Shown one piece after another: positions 31,672 to 32,000 of a stretch of 32,000 nucleotides of DNA. Position 1 is the first letter of the stretch. Every line of letters starts with the position of its first letter. A program made the translations under genes and the position numbers. The notes beneath the pieces were generated by a model. The model ran no database searches and was not told the DNA's origin. It saw only the letters and a list, made by a program, of their open reading frames with translations. Source of the stretch: Candidatus Saccharimonadota bacterium (GTDB taxonomy: Bacteria; Patescibacteriota; Saccharimonadia; Saccharimonadales; Saccharimonadaceae). The DNA is taken from contig CP011211.1 in the NCBI GenBank assembly GCA_001029695.1, positions 780,001-812,000 on the forward strand, read 5' to 3'.

Positions 31672-32000
31672 ATGAATCACAATAAAACAAACACTAACCT
31701 ATCAAAGCAGGACAGAAATAGTCTTGACTACGTGCGTAACTCCTTAATTCATACGCGCGAGGTCCTGGCGATACCCGAGGTACGCAAAAAGCTCGGTGAC
31801 TACGCAGCTCATCTCTCAGGAGTTATGTACGATGCTACGCCTGTGGATGTATATGACGGTACCGTGGAAATGGGACATATAGGCAGTGAGCGTCTTGCGG
31901 TCGCTGCTCTCGGGTTAGGTGAACAGGCTATGCGTGCAACAGGCAGCTATATCATAGATGACCGTCAGGTACAGTCGCTTGAACGCGAGTACGGCACTGA
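31672..32000 (+). CDS. hypothetical protein, 3'-truncated by the window edge
   Basis: The ATG at 31672 opens a frame with no stop through base 32000 (109 codons, MNHNKTNTNLSKQDRNSLDYVRNSL...). It is absent from the ORF track because it is not closed. No SD or family motif was recognised. Confidence 0.4.
   Translation, partial: MNHNKTNTNLSKQDRNSLDYVRNSLIHTREVLAIPEVRKKLGDYAAHLSGVMYDATPVDVYDGTVEMGHIGSERLAVAALGLGEQAMRATGSYIIDDRQVQSLEREYGT

Noticed and set aside
1-32000. CRISPR arrays, IS elements or transposases, toxin-antitoxin pairs and known defence-system signatures
   Set aside because: Reading both strands showed no regularly spaced direct repeats, no transposase-like ORFs with terminal inverted repeats, and no small adjacent gene pairs of TA type. 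The only tandem repeat is the protein-coding 3 x 51 nt unit at 15708-15860.
1-32000. Alternative genetic code (UGA recoded), as in some CPR lineages
   Set aside because: Long conserved genes such as ftsK, rnj, pilB and ychF are intact and full-length under the standard code. Several genes terminate at TGA, for example the UDG gene at 2021-2023 and the lipase at 12351-12353.

Overview
This is a densely coded 32 kb stretch using the standard genetic code, with nearly all genes on the + strand and hand-counted 60-nt samples at roughly 40-50% G+C. Gene content suggests a reduced-genome, monoderm-type bacterium of the Patescibacteria/CPR kind, possibly Saccharibacteria-like; this is inference only.

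- **Left part (0-14 kb):** housekeeping genes, namely a family-4-like UDG, RNase J with long disordered tails, FtsK, rpsF-ssb-rpsR, an EF-P with Arg at the loop tip, tlyA and ychF. These are interrupted by three lone minus-strand orphan genes, an orphan type IV pilin that looks leaderless, and a G+C-richer secreted LIP-family lipase.
- **Centre and right (14.3-29.0 kb):** a TPR membrane protein and a 766-aa secreted VWA/MIDAS protein with a Cys/Pro repeat stalk lie directly upstream of a complete type IV pilus locus. The locus runs pilM-pilN-pilO-like, a small TM gene, pilB-pilT-pilC, a pilin and pilD, then four pilin-like genes in GspH/I/J/K-like order. No secretin is present.
- **Right end:** a Xer-type recombinase, uppP, ndk, tRNA-Arg(CCU) and the start of an unknown gene.

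The best candidates for something new are:
- the VWA/Cys-repeat protein as a PilY1-like adhesin partner of the secretin-less pilus;
- the composition-deviant lipase, possibly acquired from a host and used for lipid scavenging;
- the recurrent leaderless or extended -10 promoter architecture.

No CRISPR array, transposon or recognisable defence system was seen.
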